IMG/VR virus record: IMGVR_UViG_3300049893_001743
Coordinates: 1-54,153 of that record
Source of the DNA: a virus
Lineage: Duplodnaviria > Caudoviricetes
Length of the DNA: 54,153 nt
Reading direction: 5' to 3' (one strand)
The translations under genes were made by a program, and so were the position numbers. Of the stretch, positions 8,433 through 16,947 are shown piece after piece. The notes below the pieces were generated by a model that had not been told where the DNA came from, did no database searches, and saw only the letters and a list, made by a program, of their open reading frames with translations. Position 1 is the stretch's first letter; each line of letters opens with the position of its first letter.

Positions 8433-8497
8433 CTCGTCTATCGAACGGTGTTTCTTTCTGACGAGAAAGATAGGCATGAGTTTATGTAAGACAAGAA

Positions 8498-8643
8498 TGG
8501 CTAGGCCAGCGTGTCAGGGCTGGTGGTAAGAGACAGATGGAATTGACGGCTCGACATTACTACGATGAGTTTCTGACTATAGCTTATTGGAAGTAAACTC
8601 GCGAAGTCCGTCAAGGAGCGGGGTGGGGAATCCCGCCTAGCCA
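8498..8643 (+). ncRNA. tRNA-like element 2 (146 nt, expanded central arm)
   Basis: TGGCTAG/CTAGCCA stem, GCGGG/CCCGC arm, CCAGC/GCTGG arm, TTGACGG/CCGTCAA long arm; same CAAGAA leader as element 1. Confidence 0.45.
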
Positions 8644-8683
8644 GGGAAAATCCCACACAGCCAATCAACTAGAGGGGAATAAT

Positions 8684-8818
8684 ATGGTTAATTCTGAATC
8701 TATTGAGCTAGTCCTATATCGGTGGAGGAACAATTACTACGGTGCCACAATGAAATCCAATGATGACAATGCGGTTAAAGCCATTCGTGAATTATTTGAC
8801 CATGCCAAACATGAATAA
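8684..8818 (+). CDS. Small hypothetical protein (44 aa, not in ORF track)
   Basis: GAGGGG SD; MVNSESIELVLYRWRNN... Confidence 0.5.
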   Translation: MVNSESIELVLYRWRNNYYGATMKSNDDNAVKAIRELFDHAKHE

Positions 8819-9023
8819 GCTGTATAAGCCGAGTCTATTAGTAGAAATTGACAATCAGTATTATATGCCAGAGAGTTTAGAAGCTGTCACTGAATGGTGG
8901 CTCCGAAACTATCCTATCTGCGTCTGCAAGATGGCGAACAAACCGAAGGAGTGGCTAAGAGTCAGGAAATTCATGGAGAAACTGTATCTTGACATCCGTC
9001 AAATCAAAAGGAAAAAGAAATGA
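8811..9023 (+). CDS. Hypothetical protein (start moved to MNKLYK)
   Basis: Start overlaps upstream stop; ATGA overlap downstream. Confidence 0.6.
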   Translation: MNKLYKPSLLVEIDNQYYMPESLEAVTEWWLRNYPICVCKMANKPKEWLRVRKFMEKLYLDIRQIKRKKK

Positions 9024-9271
9024 ATAAGCTGGATGACTGCGGGTGTTATATTCATCCTAATTCTCTGGACAGGATTCTTCATAGTATGCAGACATCTGGG
9101 CTTGGGCGTGAAGAACAACGTGGTAAAGCCCGATTCGCAATAGTGAAGATGGTGAGGGGGATGATGCCTGACAGATTAAAGGCAAGTGTTAGTGATGATT
9201 ACTATGACCTTGGTTGGAATGAATGTCTCGACACCATCGAAGCTAAGCTGAAGGATCTTGAGAATGGCTAA
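9020..9271 (+). CDS. Hypothetical protein
   Basis: GWNECLD motif typical of small phage proteins. Confidence 0.65.
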   Translation: MNKLDDCGCYIHPNSLDRILHSMQTSGLGREEQRGKARFAIVKMVRGMMPDRLKASVSDDYYDLGWNECLDTIEAKLKDLENG

Positions 9272-9650
9272 GCCAAAGAAGCAGAGGAAACATAGACATA
9301 TATACAATATCTGTGCCTGTTGCCAGGTAGAACGTTATGGATATTGTGGCTGTTCGTTTGCTGAACAAATGTGTGAGTGCGGGGAAAGGAAGCCATGACA
9401 GACATTCAATGGAGCTTAATTGGCCTTGTCATTGTCGGGAATATTATTTTCTTTTGGCTAGGAACTCAGTTTGAGGCTTATAAGAGGAGTAAGGAGTGAC
9501 CGACATTCAGAAGCAGATTGAAGTGGTGAGAAGTCGTCTTGAATATATAACAGACAGGTTTACTGGCCTAAAAGGTTTTGAGGAGGCATTGGAAGCCCTC
9601 TCAAGAATCGAATCCTACATCAAGAGTTTGGAAGCGAAGGAGGGGAAGGG

Positions 9651-9914
9651 ATGAGAGTTGACATTAAAGATGTAGAGGTGTCCGAGTCTTTCCACGAAAT
9701 TTCTCCATGCGATTATGGGGATTGTAAAAAACCTAGCCCATACATAATTTGGCCTGACAGTTTATTTCCTGGAAATACTTATGCTTGTAATGAACACGTT
9801 AATCATTTGTGGGCTGGCAGAAGGCATCTAGGAGTTCATTTTTCTATTGGGTATAAAATTTCAGCGATTCAGCAAAGATTGAATGAATATAAATTAATGG
9901 AGGCCAAAAGATGA
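9651..9914 (+). CDS. Hypothetical Cys/His-containing protein
   Basis: GGAGG SD; CDYGDC..CNEH. Confidence 0.65.
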   Translation: MRVDIKDVEVSESFHEISPCDYGDCKKPSPYIIWPDSLFPGNTYACNEHVNHLWAGRRHLGVHFSIGYKISAIQQRLNEYKLMEAKR

Positions 9915-10306
9915 AGTCGAATAAGGAGATAGCAAGAAAGGTAGCCGATAGCGACAAGTGCTATTGTGAAGCCGCTGTTGCTTACGAGGCACGAGTTGAC
10001 AAGTGTGAATACTGTCAAGTCATCGAAGCCCTTGACGCAAAGGATGTCCAAATTAAGGAGTTGGAGAAGCGGGTGGAGGAACTTAACGAACAGATTAAAA
10101 GACTTTGTTCGCCGATTTACAAAGACACTTCCACAGAACTTGTTTTATGTCAATCCCGCCTCAAAGATGCCGAGAAGATGCGTAAGGCATTAAATGAGAT
10201 AAAAAACCTTGATGTAGTTGGTGCTGATAATACAGGAAATCTTTACTTTGGAAAGATTGGTTGTATAGCACAACAAGCCCTAGCCGAATGGGAGAAGGGG
10301 AAATGA
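9911..10306 (+). CDS. Hypothetical coiled-coil protein
   Basis: 131-aa ORF, heptad-like segment, ATGA overlap. Confidence 0.7.
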   Translation: MKSNKEIARKVADSDKCYCEAAVAYEARVDKCEYCQVIEALDAKDVQIKELEKRVEELNEQIKRLCSPIYKDTSTELVLCQSRLKDAEKMRKALNEIKNLDVVGADNTGNLYFGKIGCIAQQALAEWEKGK

Positions 10307-10575
10307 GACACGAACCTGAATGTCGTTGGGAAAAGACCACACCTTATGAATGTGAGTTTAGAAATACGCATCATTATTGTCCGCATCCTGAACACGGATG
10401 CACTTGTGAGCTTGTAGAATGTGCTACTAAAGCAACCGCAATTCTGACAGCCATCAGAAACGCCGAGGTTGGAAGTGACATAATCGTAAACAATGATGAT
10501 GGAAGCATATTCTGTATCTTAACTGTTAAATGCAAGGAGCATCCAGAAACCATTGGAGAAGGGGAAGGAGAATAA
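10303..10575 (+). CDS. Hypothetical Cys/His-rich protein (start MRHEPEC)
   Basis: ATGA overlap at 10303; purine-rich SD. Confidence 0.6.
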   Translation: MRHEPECRWEKTTPYECEFRNTHHYCPHPEHGCTCELVECATKATAILTAIRNAEVGSDIIVNNDDGSIFCILTVKCKEHPETIGEGEGE

Positions 10576-11225
10576 GTGAAGACGTTAGAGCTATTTTCTG
10601 GAACAAAGAGCTTTAGTCGGGTAGCGGCCAAACTTGGGCATCAAACGCTCACAATAGATAATAACGCTTCTTTGAATCCTGATATTTGTTGTGATATTTT
10701 GTCTATTCCTTTAAGCAATTTACCAACAGGAAATGATATTATTTGGGCCTCTCCACCATGTACAGCGTTCTCAGTTGCTTCTATTGGAACACACTGGGCT
10801 GGTGGATCGAGGGCATATATCCCAAAGACAGACTCGGCACGAATCGGTATAAAACTTGTGGAGAGAACGATATGGCTGATTGAAGTGTTGAAACCGAAAT
10901 GGTGGTTTATCGAAAACCCAAGAGGTGTCTTGAGGAAGATGCCTTTCATGCAAAATTTCAAGCGTGTCACAGTTACATACTGCCAATACGGTGATGAACG
11001 TATGAAGCCAACTGATATATGGACAAACGCATACTGGTGGGAACCGAAGTCTCTCTGTAAGAACGGTGATCCCTGTCATGTCAAAGCTCCTAGAGGGTCA
11101 AAGACTGGAACGCAAGGATTAAAAGGAGCTATGGAGCGTGGGGCTATACCACCAAATTTATTTATAGAAATATTTGAACAGATTCCAAAACAATTTTCAT
11201 TAATGGAGAAGGGGAAGGAGAATAA
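10554..11225 (+). repeat. 22-bp direct repeats bracketing the C5-MTase gene
   Basis: TGGAGAAGGGGAAGGAGAATAA at 10554-10575 and 11204-11225; partial GGAGAAGGGGAA at 10291-10302. Confidence 0.9.
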
Positions 11226-11229
11226 ATGA
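10576..11229 (+). CDS. Short phage-type C5-cytosine DNA methyltransferase
   Basis: LELFSG motif I, WASPPC motif IV, IENP motif VI, YCQYG..KPT. Confidence 0.85.
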   Translation: MKTLELFSGTKSFSRVAAKLGHQTLTIDNNASLNPDICCDILSIPLSNLPTGNDIIWASPPCTAFSVASIGTHWAGGSRAYIPKTDSARIGIKLVERTIWLIEVLKPKWWFIENPRGVLRKMPFMQNFKRVTVTYCQYGDERMKPTDIWTNAYWWEPKSLCKNGDPCHVKAPRGSKTGTQGLKGAMERGAIPPNLFIEIFEQIPKQFSLMEKGKENK

Positions 11230-11594
11230 GCCGAGATAATGAGGCGCGTATTTATTCAGATTTACAAGATGCTAAGGATGCTCTTAGGAAAGCTCTTAAA
11301 GATATAAAGGAATTAGATGACAAGCTCGGGGGATATAATACTTTTAGTGGAGAGGTAGCTCCGATTATAGACGAGATATTCCCAGGAGAATTGGAAGGAA
11401 AATAAATGAGGTATCAAAGGGAGTCTAAATGAACGACTACGATCTATTTGACTGGTTGATGGCAATAGATGGAGGGCGCTCATGATACTAACCCTGGCAA
11501 TATACGGCTTAGGGGTATCCCTTGCAGTATTAATACTCGCCTCTATTGCCATAGCAATACTCAGTAAGACGGACTGGTGGATGGGGAAAGAATA

Positions 11595-11825
11595 ATGGAT
11601 AGCTTATTTGATCCTAGTAACATAAAAATATCCTCTGGAATAAAACCTCCAAAGAACCGTGGTTGGGCTAAGAATCTAATGTTATCTATGAAAGTAGGAG
11701 AACACGTGGATCTCCCAGACCCGTTCAAATGCCAATCAGTCTACTCTGCCGCTAAGACGCTTAAGTATAAGGTTAGATGGATTTGTGTTAATAGTAACAA
11801 GTATAGGCTTTGGAGGATTAAATGA
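11595..11825 (+). CDS. Small basic phage protein, probably DNA-binding
   Basis: GIKPP..MKVGE...YRLWRIK pattern. Confidence 0.6.
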   Translation: MDSLFDPSNIKISSGIKPPKNRGWAKNLMLSMKVGEHVDLPDPFKCQSVYSAAKTLKYKVRWICVNSNKYRLWRIK

Positions 11826-11841
11826 GCGAGAAAGAGTGTAA

Positions 11842-12879
11842 ATGAAATATCTATTTCCATTAAGCCCATGGAATCAGCAACGTCAGTTTGAGAAGCCGGC
11901 ATGGGTATACCCTGCTCATCTTGCCATGTATGCTACACATCTGAGAGATCGTGGCCATGAAATCCTATGGGGCCTTACGGTAGATAAGGTGGATAGAGTA
12001 ATCTATGATGATACTCAGATTAATATTCCGTTTGAGAATCTTCCTTTTCCAGATAGAACGCTTACAGACGCCAAGAATCCTCGTTGGCAAGCCTATGGTA
12101 ATTACAAGTTTCATCCTGCTACCCATTACATGTCTTCTAACCTCTGTTGGTGGGCCGGCGCTAAGGGATGCATATTCTGTGTAGATTCTAGGAAGATTAT
12201 AGGGGGTGAGAAACGTGGAGTGCGTTCAGTTGCACATGTCATGTCTGAAATAGAGAATTGTGTATCACTTGGATTCAAGGAGATGTTTGATGATGCAGGC
12301 ACAATTCCCATTAATGATTGGTTGGAGGAATTATGCGAGCAAATGATTCTAAGCGGTCTAAGCAAAAGAATTGTCCTTGGATGCAATATGAAACCAATCC
12401 GTCAGAACTTCTCACTTATGCGGGAAGCGGGTTTCAGATTCATTCTAGTAGGAGTCGAGTCAGCAAATCAAAGCACCATAGACAAAATCCAAAAGGGTCA
12501 GCACTGCGAAAAGGTTATTGAGAATATCAAGTCTATGTCTGATGCAGGCCTTGAGCCGCATGTTACCTCCATGTTTGGGTATCCATGGGAGACTCACGAG
12601 GATGAGATGAGGACGGTAAGATTGGTCCAATTTCTCCTTAGGAAGGGTTATGCTAAGACAGCCCAGGCCTCAGTTTATTCTCCTCCAAGAACTCAGCCAG
12701 ATCCTCTCTCTACCGGTCATAAGTATATCCCAATGATCTATAACGCTTATATGCATCCTGAATTCTGGCTCAATAAGCTAAAAAGTGTACGTAAATGGGA
12801 AGATGTAACTTACATGGCAAGGGGTGGAAGGTTGATACTTGAGGAGAAGATAAGAAAGCTATGCATAAGAAAAAAATAA
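11842..12879 (+). CDS. Radical SAM enzyme resembling B12-binding family, with atypical CX7CX2C motif
   Basis: CWWAGAKGCIFC, LPFPDR, RSVAHVMSEI, GVESANQ..IDKIQKG, MFGYPWET. Confidence 0.85.
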   Translation: MKYLFPLSPWNQQRQFEKPAWVYPAHLAMYATHLRDRGHEILWGLTVDKVDRVIYDDTQINIPFENLPFPDRTLTDAKNPRWQAYGNYKFHPATHYMSSNLCWWAGAKGCIFCVDSRKIIGGEKRGVRSVAHVMSEIENCVSLGFKEMFDDAGTIPINDWLEELCEQMILSGLSKRIVLGCNMKPIRQNFSLMREAGFRFILVGVESANQSTIDKIQKGQHCEKVIENIKSMSDAGLEPHVTSMFGYPWETHEDEMRTVRLVQFLLRKGYAKTAQASVYSPPRTQPDPLSTGHKYIPMIYNAYMHPEFWLNKLKSVRKWEDVTYMARGGRLILEEKIRKLCIRKK

Positions 12880-12982
12880 GCTTAAATTATCTTGGGTTTG
12901 GTAATGGAAATCAATTCAGGGGAAAGATATTTAAGGAGGATATAGTTAAGCTTCAGTTAAAAGGCCTGTGCAATGAAGCTAT

Positions 12983-13750
12983 TCAGCACTCACCGAGCTT
13001 TAAACGCTTCTTAAGAGAAAATATGAACCCACGGGCAAAGAGTGATGGAAAACGATCCGCCAGCCACTGGTGAACACTATCTGGTATTAGACGTAAGATT
13101 CCACCCACCCATTCCTGTCGGCTACCACAGGCTGTCGGGGAGATATAGTATTTTTCCTCGCAAATGTAGAACAGCTTGGACACGAGGCTTCGGGCTTGTT
13201 TTAAATTCGGAAGGTGTAAGTGTTTCCCTGATCCTGAAAAACAATCAGAATCAACTATTCCACAAAGACATCTTAGCCTGTGAAAGATCGTGGTTTCGTT
13301 TGGTACAGAGACAACTAGCACGCCATCATCAGATAGGCTCTTGGAAATCGATACGAGAACGTCTTGTGGATCAATTAAATGCTCTAGTGTCTCAAGACAA
13401 AGGCAAGCATTACAGGAGATTGGCTCAAAGCCATGATTTAAGTCTACTACCTTTGTCTCGTGGTGATAGGGGGCGCTATCAAGTCCAATATACCGAACAC
13501 TTTTCGGAAAGTACTTCCTTGCCTCGTGCGTGAAGCATCCTACATCAAGCACTGTATCTGAGTCCTTAAGATAAGGTAGGAGCATCCTAGCAGATTTCAT
13601 TACACGATCCCTGGCATATTTGTCCCTGCGATACATCTGGTGCCATGGAGTATTATCCGTGGAGGCCGATGCGGATGTACTTGGCAAACCTTTGGGTATA
13701 ATAGCCTCTAGGTGTCCTACGAGAAATAATAGGCCATAGAATATCTTCAT
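12983..13750 (-). CDS. Class I SAM-dependent methyltransferase
   Basis: VLDVGC, YIGLD, CLETLEHL..P, VVSVPN. Confidence 0.85.
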   Translation of the reverse strand: MKIFYGLLFLVGHLEAIIPKGLPSTSASASTDNTPWHQMYRRDKYARDRVMKSARMLLPYLKDSDTVLDVGCFTHEARKYFPKSVRYIGLDSAPYHHETKVVDLNHGFEPISCNACLCLETLEHLIDPQDVLVSISKSLSDDGVLVVSVPNETTIFHRLRCLCGIVDSDCFSGSGKHLHLPNLKQARSLVSKLFYICEEKYYISPTACGSRQEWVGGILRLIPDSVHQWLADRFPSLFARGFIFSLKKRLKLGEC

Positions 13751-14663
13751 CTGTCATCCTCTTGGCTTGAATCGTCTTCCTCTTCTGTGTGTTCACTTTC
13801 CAGTTCTTCAAAAAAGCCCATATCCCCTGTAAGATTTTTACACCTTGACCAACCTTGAATGTGCCAACCATTGCAAGGGCCGCAAAAAACCAGATAGTCA
13901 AATGGATTGGTATTATCCATAGGTGCTCCTTTCCAAGATTCTTATATAGCATAGTTAAGTAATTGCGACACCCCATGAACTGTACTCTAGTAGTGTTGTA
14001 ATGCTTCCTGACAGGCTTATATTTAGTATTAAACTTATGCTCACAGTAACTGGATGGAACCCATAGGACTTTAAATCCCATAAGCCACATACGCCATGAG
14101 AGGTCAGTTTCCTCTCCTAGGATAAAGAAGTCCTCATCGAATCCCCCCACCTCATAAAATATACTCTTACGGACCATACATGAAGCAGATTTGCCGGCTA
14201 GGATATACTCAGGCTTATCATACTGGCCTTCATCCACGATGTTCTGGCCTGCCCTGGACCACAGGAATCCTGTTGAGGTAATAAATGATCCTGCCTCATC
14301 GAAGCGGTTCTTATGCTCAAAATTGTGGAGCTTGCCATAAGCCATACCTGCGGTAGGTTCGGCTAGGAGCGCCTCGTGCATATTCTCTATACACTTAGGA
14401 TAGATATGCACATCATCATCGAAGAAAGCTACGTACTCTGACTTTGCCATACGGATACCCACATTACGCTTCTTAGCCGGCCCCTCGTTCATATAAATCA
14501 TAGTACATTCAGGTATACGTATGGACTTATCCGAGGTAACCACAATAACGTCTAGTTTATACTTACAGTTCTTGCGTAGGGATAGGAAAGCCTCATGGAT
14601 TAATATGCCTATGTGATGACAGAATACTACGCTAACAAGTATGTCGGACTTTGAAGATTTCAT
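13653..14663 (-). CDS. GT2 family glycosyltransferase
   Basis: KRNVG..A..EYVAFFDDD (DxD), VGGFDEDF..EETDLSWR. Confidence 0.9.
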   Translation of the reverse strand: MKSSKSDILVSVVFCHHIGILIHEAFLSLRKNCKYKLDVIVVTSDKSIRIPECTMIYMNEGPAKKRNVGIRMAKSEYVAFFDDDVHIYPKCIENMHEALLAEPTAGMAYGKLHNFEHKNRFDEAGSFITSTGFLWSRAGQNIVDEGQYDKPEYILAGKSASCMVRKSIFYEVGGFDEDFFILGEETDLSWRMWLMGFKVLWVPSSYCEHKFNTKYKPVRKHYNTTRVQFMGCRNYLTMLYKNLGKEHLWIIPIHLTIWFFAALAMVGTFKVGQGVKILQGIWAFLKNWKVNTQKRKTIQAKRMTDEDILWPIISRRTPRGYYTQRFAKYIRIGLHG

Positions 14664-14880
14664 AGAATTTATCTCTTAATTCCTCTGCATTATAGTCTAG
14701 CTTGTAGAAATCCAGGAATGCCTCAAGGGAAGTTCCTTGAATAAATACCATAGCCTCTTTAGCTTGAACAACTCTATTAGATACGTGTTTGGTCATCTTA
14801 GCCATAGAGTTCGTGATGGTAAATGAATAACTCGCCTCCATGAGAGTATGTTTTAAGATACTCTCCTGTAGCTCGGTCAT
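14632..14880 (-). CDS. Hypothetical protein
   Basis: Fills operon gap; start uncertain (MTELQES at 14880). Confidence 0.55.
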   Translation of the reverse strand: MTELQESILKHTLMEASYSFTITNSMAKMTKHVSNRVVQAKEAMVFIQGTSLEAFLDFYKLDYNAEELRDKFYEIFKVRHTC

Positions 14881-14914
14881 AAGAAATACTGACTTATGAT
14901 CTACCTTTACCAGT

Positions 14915-16153
14915 TTAAAATTCTGGGTTGAGCCAGAGGTGTTTGACTGGTGTAGGTTTCCAATCCAGCTTCTTACGGCTGTAAGCGAATTTGACCCTGA
15001 GCCTAGGGTATCCATGTTTCTCCATTAGGTTAAGTCTCATGCCGCCTTGATAACCTTCTGTTCTAAAATGATTAATTAATCCTGTAAAGAGTGGGTAGGG
15101 AAGTCCTGATACACGATGATTTCCTAGAGCATACTTAAGATAATTGGTTAGGCGATTATTGAAGGCGTGAGAGGGACGCTTTTGTAGCTCATTGAATGGT
15201 CTTGTGACCATGGATTGACGCTTGGTCCATAAGTCGTATGCCTGAACCATACATAATACCATAGCTAATTCCGAAGGAAGCACCAGTAGAGACGCAAATA
15301 TAGCCATGTGAGCAGATAGGATCCATGCCCTTTGATACACCCTCGGAAGGACCTTCCTCATAAGGTAGCTTAGAACTACTGGTACTATTATCCATATATA
15401 CTCCATTCTAATTGTAGTTATAAGTAATACTATAGGTACTATACCTATGTAGTAATTCTTCTCCCAATATCCAGGAGATACATCCTCTCTGCTATGGGAG
15501 CGTACGGTCTTAGGAAGGTATTTTAGGAATGGTATAACTTGAGGGGAACCTATGACTAGCCCTATCAGGAATGGTAGGGTCTGCGGAAAAATGGAGTAAA
15601 CCGCAGGGAGCAGATACATGGATAATGGGTAGTATCCACTGAGGAGTATCATTCCTATTCCGACAGAAGCTAGCCATAGGTTATTAGTATCTAAACCAAG
15701 TAGCGTCCATGGAAGCCAACTTAGAGTATATATAATACAAGGTTGTTGTTTCAAGTGGTATGTTTGATAGGTGAACGTAATGGCCCCAAATAACGCAATA
15801 GGAGCCTCAAGGTGAGGTAGGAAGAGGTAATACCACCCAACACTAGCCATGAGGTAATGAGCAAGACTCTGATAGACGTAGGCCGTAAAGGAAAGATCCA
15901 ATCCAAGCTTGTGGCAACACATAGACACCAGGCGGCTGAATGGATAATAAGTACTAAGGACAGGATGCCCAGGCATGTTATACCAGTAATAAGGGTCAGT
16001 TTTTTCATTGTACCTCCATGAGGGAAAGAACGTGGATAGGGATTCACTTGTAGCCAGTGTAAACGGCTTCGTATAGGCCCACCAGAAGAAGATGAGGTGG
16101 TAGGCTATTAGAATATAGATGGATAGGCTTGCCATGAGGTACATCCTTTGCAA
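14915..16153 (-). CDS. Multi-pass membrane protein, YfhO-like GT-C fold
   Basis: Many TM segments; PYYWY..PGHP....YYP, SWLPW, LLSGYYP patterns; soluble C-terminal domain. Confidence 0.65.
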   Translation of the reverse strand: MQRMYLMASLSIYILIAYHLIFFWWAYTKPFTLATSESLSTFFPSWRYNEKTDPYYWYNMPGHPVLSTYYPFSRLVSMCCHKLGLDLSFTAYVYQSLAHYLMASVGWYYLFLPHLEAPIALFGAITFTYQTYHLKQQPCIIYTLSWLPWTLLGLDTNNLWLASVGIGMILLSGYYPLSMYLLPAVYSIFPQTLPFLIGLVIGSPQVIPFLKYLPKTVRSHSREDVSPGYWEKNYYIGIVPIVLLITTIRMEYIWIIVPVVLSYLMRKVLPRVYQRAWILSAHMAIFASLLVLPSELAMVLCMVQAYDLWTKRQSMVTRPFNELQKRPSHAFNNRLTNYLKYALGNHRVSGLPYPLFTGLINHFRTEGYQGGMRLNLMEKHGYPRLRVKFAYSRKKLDWKPTPVKHLWLNPEF

Positions 16154-16947
16154 ACGCCATTATATTCTCTTCTCATATGTGAATCCCGAATAGAGCGTAA
16201 CCTATCAGAACTCCAATAATCATGGATATTGTAGCTACTAGAATATACTCCAGAAGATTCGACTCCTTTTGGGTCATTGCAACAGATCGTAATTTCACCA
16301 TTCCATCGGATGGCAGGTGCAAGCCATAAGTGGTAGCATGGATATCTATCGGCCCCAGATTTTTCATCCAATCCCCATTTGGCTGTGTCAATGTATCCTC
16401 CATAATTATGTAAATGCTTTACTTCCTTTTGGAACCCTTCCCATTTCTCAATCTCCCCTTCTGGCGTTTCTTCAATGAGGAACCGGATGAGTCCGATACG
16501 CTTAAGTAGAGATAGGGTGAAGTCATCGAAGTTGTTTTTTCTCCAACTCCATATGATCTTATCAACGTGTAGTTCAGAAAGTTCCCTGGAAAATTTATTA
16601 AGAAGAGTTCCATTAGTCGTAAGAAGGACCGTATTTCTTCTGTTCGCTTGCTTAATATACCTGATTGCGTCAAGTATTCTGGGATAGAGCAGGGGTTCTC
16701 CGAAGAGATGGAGTGAGAAGCTTCTTGGTCCGTAGTGCTTGGCTTCATCGATGATGGAGGTAAAGAGGGAGAAGTCCATGTCCTCTTTCCTATTTTCCCT
16801 TGGGCAAAATTCACATGATAGGTTGCAGTTTGCGGTGGTTTCGATAAAGAGGTGTCTTGGGAACTCATAGTCTATCCAGTTCTGTGCGAGGATTTTGTAT
16901 AACCATGATGGCAGGCTCCTTGAGAATGAGGCGTATTTAGTTAACAA
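16108..16947 (-). CDS. Radical SAM enzyme with SPASM/twitch domain
   Basis: CNLSCEFC, GEPLL, TTNG, C-terminal CYHLW..ICCND..CKGC. Confidence 0.9.
   Translation of the reverse strand: MLTKYASFSRSLPSWLYKILAQNWIDYEFPRHLFIETTANCNLSCEFCPRENRKEDMDFSLFTSIIDEAKHYGPRSFSLHLFGEPLLYPRILDAIRYIKQANRRNTVLLTTNGTLLNKFSRELSELHVDKIIWSWRKNNFDDFTLSLLKRIGLIRFLIEETPEGEIEKWEGFQKEVKHLHNYGGYIDTAKWGLDEKSGADRYPCYHLWLAPAIRWNGEITICCNDPKGVESSGVYSSSYNIHDYWSSDRLRSIRDSHMRREYNGVCKGCTSWQAYPSIF

Noticed and set aside
8056-8433. 125-aa minus-strand ORF
   Set aside because: Antisense to rusA and the structured RNAs, no motif, opposite to local transcription
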